The translations under genes and the position numbers were made by a program. From Methanobacteriota archaeon (lineage in GTDB: Archaea; Halobacteriota; Bog-38; Methanoflorentales; Methanoflorentaceae), in contig CAVRAO010000010.1 of NCBI GenBank assembly GCA_963719035.1, forward strand, positions 1-52,704: a stretch of 52,704 nucleotides of DNA. The letters are read 5' to 3'. Shown one piece after another: positions 1-7,993 of this stretch (position 1 is the stretch's first letter; each line of letters opens with the position of its first letter). Under the pieces are notes generated by a model. It saw nothing but the letters and a program-made list of their open reading frames with translations, was not told where the DNA came from and made no database searches.

Positions 1-342
1 AGTTCCACCTAAAGCCTCCGTGTAGTTAACGAAGTACCACGGCAAGCTTAGATTCCCGTTGCTCAGCGTGAGAAAAAATTCGCCCGTGAGTACCACTATA
101 ATTTGACTGTTAACGTCTTTCAGCGTCGCGTTGTACGCGACAAACGTGTAACCGTCAGAGGGCGTCGCTTTGAGCGGCCCGATGCTTTGCGGCGACCCTG
201 CGTAGCGCACAGAGACGTTCACTGCGGAATGTTTGGCTGATTGCGAGACTGAGGCTTTTTCAGAAACGGATCCATTCTGCGCGCCAGCCGCCTGTGCGCT
301 CGCGACGCTGGCGACACGAAGCCCCGATGTGCTCGCATGCGT
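1..342 (-). CDS. Partial extracellular protein, DUF4352/Ig-like domain (runs off the window edge; start unclear)
   Basis: Stop-free minus frame from 342 to 1, not in the ORF track: S/A-rich linker then AVNVSVRYAGSPQSIGPLKATPSDGYTFVAYNATLKDVN. No ATG after the upstream TAA at 343-345, so it may be frameshifted from upstream or use an internal GTG. Confidence 0.4.
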
Positions 343-355
343 TTAGCACAACCGT

Positions 356-847
356 TCACGCTGGAATTGGGGTCACTTGCACGGCAGCGGTGGGCCCCAA
401 AGATATCGTCGTGAAGTCATCGTAGCTGGGGCGGCCCGCACTTATGAGGACCGTGGCGTTACCTTTTGCGAAAGACACGCTCCACCCGTCTGAGGTGTTG
501 TCATCCGTGTCCGACGGACGGTACCCCAACTTGGGCATCTGCGCCTCGTAAAACGCTTTAACGCTCGACACGGAATCCTTTGTGTGATAGACCCATCCCG
601 TACTGTAGTTACTAGGACTAATGACTCGGACCGACGGCTGATACCGCGGTATCGCCGATGGGTCGGGATCAGACCCGCGACTGTCGTACAAACTAGTAAA
701 CTTGTCGGATGGTCCGGCTGACGGTTGCACGCTTGCGGACGCTTGTGGGCTCGGTGACGTCGTTGACGACGTGCAACCAGCAGTGCACGCGACAAGGATC
801 ATCAGGCCACACAACGCTGCTACGAGGTATTTTGGTGGTGTACCCAT
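356..847 (-). CDS. Lipoprotein of unknown function
   Basis: ATG at 847 follows GAGGAG. Basic residue, hydrophobic stretch, lipobox-like TAGC, S/T/P-rich linker, then a small domain (VKAFYEAQMPKLGY...SFAKGNATVLI). Confidence 0.75.
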   Translation of the reverse strand: MGTPPKYLVAALCGLMILVACTAGCTSSTTSPSPQASASVQPSAGPSDKFTSLYDSRGSDPDPSAIPRYQPSVRVISPSNYSTGWVYHTKDSVSSVKAFYEAQMPKLGYRPSDTDDNTSDGWSVSFAKGNATVLISAGRPSYDDFTTISLGPTAAVQVTPIPA

Positions 848-1084
848 GCTAAACTCCTCTTTGAGACGCTTGAAAGGCGGCCATTCTATTAAAGCCATTT
901 GTTTTGCTCGCTGAGGGCGTTTAAAGTCGCCGGGCGCCTTTCGGGTCACTGTTTTTACATAGAGAAGCGTTTGTATTCGTGCTATATGTGTGCAATAGCC
1001 GAGCCGCCCCCCCCGTAAGACGGCAAAGAACTAACTATTCGTGCTGCGTATCGCGAAACAGAACATGAAAAGGAGGTGAAAACC

Positions 1085-1726
1085 GTGGATGAAGACCAAT
1101 GTCAACAATGCGGCACACCCGCGTCACCTGGCGCAAAATACTGCGAAAGTTGTGGCGCAAAACTGATCGCCGAACGCGCACAACAAGCTCCTCCGCACGT
1201 GACCGCGCAACCGCAGCCGCCAAGCGCCCCACCGTACGCGCCCGCTCCGACGTTTCAAGCACCCTCCGCAGCAGCTTCGCCGTATCAGGGCGTCGCGATT
1301 CGCTTTGTAGCAATCTTCATTGATACCATCATCATCGCTGTTATCTCGGGCATCCTGACGTTCCCGCTTCAAACGCCCATCGTCACGGTGACGATTACCG
1401 AGGGAACCCCAAGTTTCGCGTCGACGCCCAATCCGCTCGCGTGGCTCTCCGGCGGGGTCTCGCTGCTCATCTTTTTGCTGTACTTCATACTCCTCGAAGG
1501 GTCGTACGGCCAGACGGTTGGCAAGATGGTCGTCAAGATCAAAGTGGTGAGAGATAACGGGGCAAAGATCGAATACGCGGACGCGGCCGTGCGTAACATC
1601 CTGCGCGTCATCGACGCCATTCCGTTCTTTATTCCGTACCTGCTCGGTGCCATACTTATATGGACGTCAGATATGAAGCAGCGGGTTGGCGATCGTGCTG
1701 CAAGCACCGTTGTCGTAAAGGCATGA
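1085..1726 (+). CDS. RDD family membrane protein with N-terminal zinc ribbon
   Basis: AGGAGGTGA lies before the GTG at 1085. CQQCG...YCESCG ribbon, P/A/Q linker, and RDD motifs IRFVAIFID, GQTVGK, RNILRVID, QRVGDRAASTVVV. Confidence 0.9.
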   Translation: MDEDQCQQCGTPASPGAKYCESCGAKLIAERAQQAPPHVTAQPQPPSAPPYAPAPTFQAPSAAASPYQGVAIRFVAIFIDTIIIAVISGILTFPLQTPIVTVTITEGTPSFASTPNPLAWLSGGVSLLIFLLYFILLEGSYGQTVGKMVVKIKVVRDNGAKIEYADAAVRNILRVIDAIPFFIPYLLGAILIWTSDMKQRVGDRAASTVVVKA

Positions 1727-1753
1727 GGCGCGGCCTCGTGCTCTTTCCCTTTT
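1725..1753 (+). terminator. Possible terminator after the RDD gene
   Basis: Short hairpin GAGGC-GCG-GCCTC followed by the pyrimidine tract CTCTTTCCCTTTT. Confidence 0.3.
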
Positions 1754-1834
1754 AAAGAGAATTATTTGGAGTAGATTGTGAGTAACGTTATAGCGTACAT
1801 ATAAGCGCTCCGAGCACACGCGCAGGTGAGCCCT

Positions 1835-2275
1835 ATGATCACTGTTTCAATTATTAAAAGGCGACTTAAGGAAGGAAAGACGTACGAGGACTTTCGGAAG
1901 GCGTGGTTTCACACCGTTGGGTTTGGGACGGCGAGCACTCTGTATACCGTCATTAACACGTTTGACCCGCGGGAGATTATCGTCATCGGCTTTGTTGAGA
2001 TGGACGCCGGCAATGACCCAATGTCGATTCTCAGAGTTGACGTTAAAGAGCGGCTTGAGAACCCGTTGGATGAGGTGATCGAACCGGAGATCGGACGCGA
2101 ATTTGGTATATTGGTCTCAGAAGACGATTTTTCTGCGGCCGGTGCACTTGAGTTCAGCCCAGCGACCGTTAATGGAGAAGAAACCGATTTTAATGAGATT
2201 GTTGAGGTACTGGCACCAGCAAAAAAATTGGTTGCTCAGGCAGCCGCAGAACGAGATAGCTCCACGAAGGATTAA
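1835..2275 (+). CDS. Hypothetical protein (weak EthD/dimeric alpha-beta barrel-like N-terminus)
   Basis: AGGTGA before the ATG at 1835. Protein-like composition; RRLKEGKTYEDFRKAW resembles EthD-type starts. Confidence 0.7.
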   Translation: MITVSIIKRRLKEGKTYEDFRKAWFHTVGFGTASTLYTVINTFDPREIIVIGFVEMDAGNDPMSILRVDVKERLENPLDEVIEPEIGREFGILVSEDDFSAAGALEFSPATVNGEETDFNEIVEVLAPAKKLVAQAAAERDSSTKD

Positions 2276-2359
2276 ACAGCGTGGCACCAGTCTAATTATT
2301 CGCCAATGCACAGATCCGAATAATAGCCCTGGCACGCGCGTTGTGTTCTCAGATCGCCC

Positions 2360-2956
2360 TTGGTAACAAAAAAGGTGGTGTTTTACATTTGTTTTACAGA
2401 ACCGAGCTCTCTTAAGGTCCTTTCCACCGTGTTGGGCGGCTATGTGGGCTCCCACTCATACAAGCGCTACGCCGAAAGCTTTGGCCTGACAGGGAGTGAG
2501 TGGGTGCTTGACTACGGTTCGGGCTCCGGCAGGATTACGCGACATATAGCTGCGCGCCTCGCGCCGCGGGGCGGCCACCTGACGTGCGTCGACGTCTCTA
2601 CGGTGTGGATGGACGTAGTAAAAAGGCGGCTGAAGCAGTACCCCAACGTTGACTTCAAATTAGGGGACATCGCCTCACTGGACATCCCCGATGACGCCTA
2701 TGACGTCGTTGTCGTGCACTTCGTACTGCATCACGTCAACGCAGACGTACGACAGAAGAACGTAAGCATATTGTCACAAAAACTGAAAAAGGGCGGCAGG
2801 CTCTTCTTCCGAGATCCGATACGCGAGGAGCACGGCACCCCGGTGCACGAGATCAGACAGCTCATGTCGAACGCTGGGCTTCACGAACGCGCGTTTCAAA
2901 TGGAGAAGTCACTCCATATGGGCCCTCGATATAGCGGTGTGTTCGTTAAGGACTAA
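2360..2956 (+). CDS. Class I SAM-dependent methyltransferase
   Basis: Motif I VLDYGSGSG, CVDVS, YDVVVVHFVLHH, LKKGGRL. Exact start uncertain. Confidence 0.88.
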   Translation: MVTKKVVFYICFTEPSSLKVLSTVLGGYVGSHSYKRYAESFGLTGSEWVLDYGSGSGRITRHIAARLAPRGGHLTCVDVSTVWMDVVKRRLKQYPNVDFKLGDIASLDIPDDAYDVVVVHFVLHHVNADVRQKNVSILSQKLKKGGRLFFRDPIREEHGTPVHEIRQLMSNAGLHERAFQMEKSLHMGPRYSGVFVKD

Positions 2957-3739
2957 CGGCACGCTAAATCGGTCTTTAAAGGCCCTTCATGAGATTTTCG
3001 CCGGTGGAGCACGCTTGCGAGCGCCACGAAAATTACGCTGAAGCCGATGAGCACAGCCCACGTGAGGGCAATGGGTATGGTGGTGCTGCCGAGCAAGCTG
3101 AGGTCGAACCCGGCGACGAGGTAGGTGATGGGCGAGCAGTAGACTACGGCCCGCGCGATCCCCTGCAAGCTCGCGATCGGCACAAAAATGCCGCTGATAA
3201 AGATGAGGGGAAAGCGGACGAGGCTTGAGAGCATCATGATGTTAGACGGGTTGGTGCTCGCTGGCGACGCGAGGAGCACGCCGAGCGCTGAGAAACAGAA
3301 CGCGCCGAGTACCAAACTCACGCCCATCAGCAGGACTCCTGTGACACTCACGGCGTAGCCGAATGCCGCTGTTCCTATGGCTAAGATGATGACGTTGATG
3401 AGGATGCCAAAGAGCATGCCCGCTACGACGTCGCCGAGAATGAGGGTGTTGATGGTGACGGGAAAGGAGAGCAGCCGTTCGTAGGTGCCTGCCCGCTTCT
3501 CCCACGGGGTGATTAACGGCCCGACGGATGAGGCGATGAAAAAGACAAACATCGCCGCAAGTCCGGGAAAGAGCGTGTAACATGTCGGCGCTGCGGCCGA
3601 AGTAGAACGCCATGAACATGATAAAGGGAAACAGGAAGCCAAAGATGAACACGGGCGGCTTAGTATAGTAGATGCGCATGTCCTTTTCGGCAACGAGCGC
3701 GATGCTGCGCAGGTTACTGAGAAGGGAATCACTAAACAC
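2953..3739 (-). CDS. ABC-2 exporter permease (frameshifted near 3579)
   Basis: N-terminus (IALVAEKDMRIYY...) in ORF 3242..3739 joins TLFPGLAAM...EKRAGTYERLL...PLIFISGIFVP in ORF 2953..3732 if one base is removed. A second extra A near 2995 would give ...HRRNLMKGL* with a stop at 2976. Confidence 0.88.
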
Positions 3740-4676
3740 GTGCTTTTCCCTCCGTTAAGGTGACGAAGACGTCTTCGAGGCTTACGCCCTCGATGCTCAA
3801 CGCGGTAAAGGTGAGGCGCTGCGCTTCGGCGAGGGCGAAGATGAATTTGGCGAGGGCGTCAGGATCATCGGTGTAAAAGCGCCACTTCTCACCCTCCCGT
3901 TCTGTCCTGATCACGAGGCCGCTGCGTTCTATTGGGCTCACGTCGACGGGTTCTTCAAACGCGACCTCGACGGACTGGGTCTCCTTGAACGCCTGTTTAA
4001 GTCGCTCAGGCGCGTCGATGGCCGCAAGCCCCCCGCGGTTGATGATGGCAACCCGGTCGCAGAGGGCGTTAGCCTCCTCGATGTTGTGGGTCGTGAGGAA
4101 CACCGTGGTGCCCGCGTCGTTCATCTCCCTGATGATGGCCCGGATAAGGCGCTGGCTGTGCACGTCGAGTCCCGAGGTGGGTTCGTCCAGGAAAAGTACG
4201 TGCGGGTCGTGTACGAGAGCGCTTGCGATGAGCACGCGCTGTTTCATGCCCTTGGAGAACCCTTCGACTTTGTCGTTCTTCCTTTCAGAAAGCTCGAACT
4301 GTTCCAGGAGTTGGTCAGCGCGTCGGTCGGCAGCGTTTCTGGACATGCCGTAAAATCGTCCTGCCAGAGCGACGTTCTGTTTGGCGGTCAAATCGATGTA
4401 TACGTTGCTCATTTCAGGAATGATGCCCATCTGCATCTTTGCGGCGATCGGGCGCTTATGCAGGTCGATCCCGCCAATCGCGATATCACCGGCATCTGGC
4501 GTAAGAAGGCCCGTGAGCATCCTGATCGTCGTCGTCTTTCCCGCGCCGTTTGGGCCGAGGAATCCAAACAGCTCACGATCTGGGACGTTAAACGAGATGT
4601 TGTTGACAGCGGTGATGGCGCCGAACCGTTTTATTAATCCGCTAACCGCGATCATTGCGGTTCGTTCTTGTTTCAT
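3732..4676 (-). CDS. ABC transporter ATP-binding protein (DrrA-like)
   Basis: Walker A GPNGAGKTT, signature FSKGMKQR, Walker B LFLDEPTSGLD, H-loop TTH. Confidence 0.95.
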   Translation of the reverse strand: MKQERTAMIAVSGLIKRFGAITAVNNISFNVPDRELFGFLGPNGAGKTTTIRMLTGLLTPDAGDIAIGGIDLHKRPIAAKMQMGIIPEMSNVYIDLTAKQNVALAGRFYGMSRNAADRRADQLLEQFELSERKNDKVEGFSKGMKQRVLIASALVHDPHVLFLDEPTSGLDVHSQRLIRAIIREMNDAGTTVFLTTHNIEEANALCDRVAIINRGGLAAIDAPERLKQAFKETQSVEVAFEEPVDVSPIERSGLVIRTEREGEKWRFYTDDPDALAKFIFALAEAQRLTFTALSIEGVSLEDVFVTLTEGKARV

Positions 4677-4707
4677 GTCCCTCTGTGAGTCGGAAATTAG
4701 ACAACGC

Positions 4708-4741
4708 TATATATGATTGTTATACATATCAATGTCATATA
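4708..4741. promoter_or_regulatory. Divergent promoter region with inverted repeat (candidate PadR operator)
   Basis: TATATGA (4710-4716) and TCATATA (4735-4741) are reverse complements, with inner TTG/CAA arms. They overlap a TATATAT box between the divergent ABC and padR genes. Confidence 0.5.
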
Positions 4742-4754
4742 AAGGAGTCAACTC

Positions 4755-5123
4755 GTGTGTAATCAAAACCGTTGTAGGTGTTGGGAAACGTATCCGGAAC
4801 GCAGTTGGATTCAGTTTTTGACGCTCCGGATTCTCTATGAAACCCCGACTTACGGGTATCAGCTCCTTGACGAGATTGAAGAACGAACCTGTGGCTGTCA
4901 TAAGCTGGAGCCCGGCAGCATCTATACGGTGCTGCGGCGGATGGAAGCGAAGGGATGGTTGGCATCGGCGTGGGAACGGGGTGATTCCGGCCCGGACAGG
5001 AGAGTGTATACCGTGACGGAGAGGGGTGGTGAAGTCCTGAAGACGGGGCTGAGCACGATCGTTCGGCGGAAACAGCTCTTTGACGATTTGATCGGGTTTT
5101 ACGAAAGGCGTTTTAAGGAGTAA
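4755..5123 (+). CDS. PadR family transcriptional regulator
   Basis: PTYGYQL, PGSIYTVLRRMEAKG, GPDRRVYTVTERG. GGAG precedes the GTG start. Confidence 0.93.
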   Translation: MCNQNRCRCWETYPERSWIQFLTLRILYETPTYGYQLLDEIEERTCGCHKLEPGSIYTVLRRMEAKGWLASAWERGDSGPDRRVYTVTERGGEVLKTGLSTIVRRKQLFDDLIGFYERRFKE

Positions 5124-5142
5124 TATACGGAGGTTAAGGAAA

Positions 5143-5403
5143 ATGTGTGGAGGAGAAAATTATCACTCATCTGAGGGCTGTTCCTGCGGTTGCAGTTCTG
5201 GATGCAGCTGTGGCTGTGGCGGACATCATGGCCATCACGGGCACCATGAGCACGGAATGGGCGCAGGGATGCACCATGGAATGGAATTTGCGTTGCCGCT
5301 GATGGACGTTGACGAAGAGATCAAGATGCTTGAAGAGTACAGAGACTCTCTAAGCGCGCGTCTTGATAAGGTTAAAAAGCGGCTTGAGGGTCTTAAACGC
5401 TAA
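5143..5403 (+). CDS. Small Cys/His-rich protein with C-terminal coiled coil (DUF5320-like)
   Basis: GGAGG upstream. GCSCGC twice, HHGHHGHHEH, then EEIKMLEEYRDSLSARLDKVKKRLEGL. Confidence 0.85.
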   Translation: MCGGENYHSSEGCSCGCSSGCSCGCGGHHGHHGHHEHGMGAGMHHGMEFALPLMDVDEEIKMLEEYRDSLSARLDKVKKRLEGLKR

Positions 5404-5468
5404 AGCAGCACGTCAAAGGCGCTTTTTTCCCCAGGCGACTGTGCTATACGCTTAATACAGCGCTTTAT

Positions 5469-5484
5469 CGCTAAAGTTTATAAA
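5469..5484 (+). promoter_or_regulatory. Archaeal BRE/TATA promoter of the Cys-rich peptide gene
   Basis: CGCTAAAG followed by TTTATAAA (5477-5484), about 100 nt upstream of the ATG at 5585. Confidence 0.55.
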
Positions 5485-5584
5485 TCTTGCAAAAGAGATT
5501 TATACGATCGTGTGAAGGTACAACCTAACGAAGCTGCACTGAAGGGAGACAATCAAGCTCGACGTATGCGTTGGAGGAAAGAAG

Positions 5585-5869
5585 ATGAAAAAACCAATTA
5601 TTTTTGTATTGGCGCTATTCGTAGCCCTTTCGCTGTTCACGGCGATGAACGTGTCAGCTCAGTGTGCTGCGACGACGACCTGTCCATCGACCACGAGCGC
5701 TCAGTGCACGAGCTGCACCACCTCATCGTGCTGCTGCTGTCCGTGCCCCGTTACGTGTCCGACCGCATGCCCCACAACAGCCTGTTGTGCAGTGGCGTCC
5801 AGTGTTGTGACCTCGTGCGGCCACTGCGCCTGGGATCCCTATAATCAGGGCTGGATCTGGGTGTCGTAA
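5585..5869 (+). CDS. Secreted Cys/Thr/Ser-rich small protein, unknown family
   Basis: GGAGG RBS. Sec signal MKKPIIFVLALFVALSLFTAMNVSA, then a 69-aa mature part with 15 Cys and a WDPYNQGWIW tail. Confidence 0.85.
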   Translation: MKKPIIFVLALFVALSLFTAMNVSAQCAATTTCPSTTSAQCTSCTTSSCCCCPCPVTCPTACPTTACCAVASSVVTSCGHCAWDPYNQGWIWVS

Positions 5870-6315
5870 CGCAGGCTTTAAGACGATAACAGCTAGCGCT
5901 TGAGCTGGAGCACGCGTACAGTTTAAAGGTATTTTTGTACGCGTGCTGAGAGTTGTGTAGATTGCACGGAGCTCTATCAGTAGTATCGAGTTGCATTTTG
6001 CTTATTTGCGCGGTGAGCGTGCGTGCCACTGACAAATCTGTGCATTCGCGGTTTTGACGGGCGTTACCGATCAACCGCGTCGTTTTTCGAATTTCATACT
6101 CTAGATGCACTTGATCGATCGACGGTCAGCCAGCTCGCTTTAATTACGTCAAATATTTTTTAAAATCAATTAGATATATCAAACGCAAACTATGTCGTGA
6201 TTCTCTTCTGTCGGGTCGCTGACCGATGGCACAAGCGATTACGCGTCCTAGCCGCGGTAACTGCTCTTGACGGTTCTGAAAACGCGGTAAGGTTTGGGTC
6301 ATCTTGGCCATCTTT

Positions 6316-7830
6316 TTACTGTAGCCGCTTACGGTCGGGCTCGGCTCGCAGCAGCTCACTGAGATCTTTCACGATTAACGTCGGAAATTCGTCCTCATCC
6401 AAATCGTCGATCTGCTCGCGCGTCGTTTCACCGCTTAATACGCAAATAAAACTGCATCCGACGTTGTGTGCCATCTTCCCGTCGGTATACAATCGATCAC
6501 CAACGATAGTCATCTGACCCACGCCATATTGCTCAGTAACGCGCTCCAACAAGCGGGGGCTGGGTTTGCCAAAGACCGCTGTGGGTCGTCTACCCGTCGT
6601 CTTTTCGAGCACCGCTAGGATGCAGCCACAGTCTGGGACAAATCCAAGTTCAGATGGGCACACGAGATCGGTGTGCGTCGCAAGAAACAGCAAACGCGAG
6701 TTCTGCTGCAGCAATATCGCGGCGGCTCGCAGCTTGTCGTACGTGAGCTCAGTGTCGTACGCTACGATGAGCGCCTCACACGCGTCAGGATCTGCGGTCA
6801 GCTGCAGTTCTGGTAGCGCCTGTCGCAGATATGCTTCAAACCGGACGTTCCCGAGCAGGTACACGTTGCGTATGGAGCGCGCTTGCAGGCATGCAATCAA
6901 CGGCTCGAGCGGCGTAATGATGTGGTCGCCGTCGACTGGGATGCCCATCGCATTGAGCCGAAGGCGATAGTCCTCAGGAAGCTTTGACGTGTTGTTGGTG
7001 ACAAAATAGAACGCCCGTTCACGAGCGTTGCGGTCGATGAATTCAAGCGTGCCGCGTATGGGTCGATCTCCCACGTATACCGTTCCGTCCAAGTCGAGGA
7101 CGAAACAGTGCGTGTTGGACAAGGTGAAACGGCTAAATCGCTTGTCGGCGTCGCACAAGTCGTCCATCGAGCGAATGGCGGCCCAATTGACGCCGGCGAC
7201 ATCAGCAAGCGTTACCCGCACGGTGCGGACGAGATCGTTGAGTGCTTTTGCCATTGACACATCTGTTTCAACAGCGCGTTTTGCTACGACGCGTTTGAGG
7301 GTAGCGACCGCACGAGCGTTGAGCTTCCATACGTCAGCTGAGACTGCCGTGACCCCCTCCGTGGTGACAGTCGCGTTGACGCGAACGACGCGTCCGCTCT
7401 GTACCAGTATCGCAGCGCCGCTGGATCGACCCGTATCGCCTGCAACGGCGTTTGTGCTGGACCGTGTCAGCTCTTCGATCAGGCGATAATCATACATGCA
7501 TTCGCCGTTGCTGACGAATAGGCCCTCTTTGTCGAATTCCGCGGTCTGAAGGGCGAGGTGCAACGAAAGCGCAACGTTCTTTAAATGATAGTCGGCATTT
7601 TTCACAAGGCGTATCTCAGGGTGCACGCGCTTCAGAAAGCGTTTGATAGCGTTGTGGTGGTAGCCTGAAACGACTATAATGGACCCCTCGGCGATTCCAG
7701 CCTTCAGATAACTCAGTATCTGATGTTCGAGCAGCGGAATTCCGTTGATCTTAATTAAAGCGCCTGGTTTTCGGCTGTTGAGTGGTCGCAACTCCCTATT
7801 ATCGTTCTCAGCGAGGATGATGGCTTTCAT
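6316..7830 (-). CDS. Fusion of a degenerate LicC-like nucleotidyltransferase domain and a HAD-IIA (NagD-like) phosphatase
   Basis: N-terminus MKAIILA...LRPL...KP.ALIKING. C-terminal HAD motifs DLDGT, TNN, GKP, GDRLYTD, VLSGET. Confidence 0.88.
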   Translation of the reverse strand: MKAIILAENDNRELRPLNSRKPGALIKINGIPLLEHQILSYLKAGIAEGSIIVVSGYHHNAIKRFLKRVHPEIRLVKNADYHLKNVALSLHLALQTAEFDKEGLFVSNGECMYDYRLIEELTRSSTNAVAGDTGRSSGAAILVQSGRVVRVNATVTTEGVTAVSADVWKLNARAVATLKRVVAKRAVETDVSMAKALNDLVRTVRVTLADVAGVNWAAIRSMDDLCDADKRFSRFTLSNTHCFVLDLDGTVYVGDRPIRGTLEFIDRNARERAFYFVTNNTSKLPEDYRLRLNAMGIPVDGDHIITPLEPLIACLQARSIRNVYLLGNVRFEAYLRQALPELQLTADPDACEALIVAYDTELTYDKLRAAAILLQQNSRLLFLATHTDLVCPSELGFVPDCGCILAVLEKTTGRRPTAVFGKPSPRLLERVTEQYGVGQMTIVGDRLYTDGKMAHNVGCSFICVLSGETTREQIDDLDEDEFPTLIVKDLSELLRAEPDRKRLQ

Positions 7831-7993
7831 ATGCGTTAGGCGTTACCGGCAAATGACCGGCTGTTAGACTCTACGCGCTTTTTGCTTATAACATCAAACC
7901 ACGTATGGACGTGTAAAAACGCAAAGGTAGTTAAGGGGCAAGTGAAAAAGTGAAATACTGTAAGGCTATCCATCGCTTCAGGAGTGCAAGCGT

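Noticed and set aside
5512-5844. 110-aa ORF overlapping the Cys-rich peptide gene
   Set aside because: Alternative frame. The 5585 frame has the RBS, signal peptide and coherent composition.
5585-5869. Ranthipeptide, lanthipeptide or thiopeptide precursor
   Set aside because: It has a Sec signal rather than a RiPP leader, and no maturase is present in the window.
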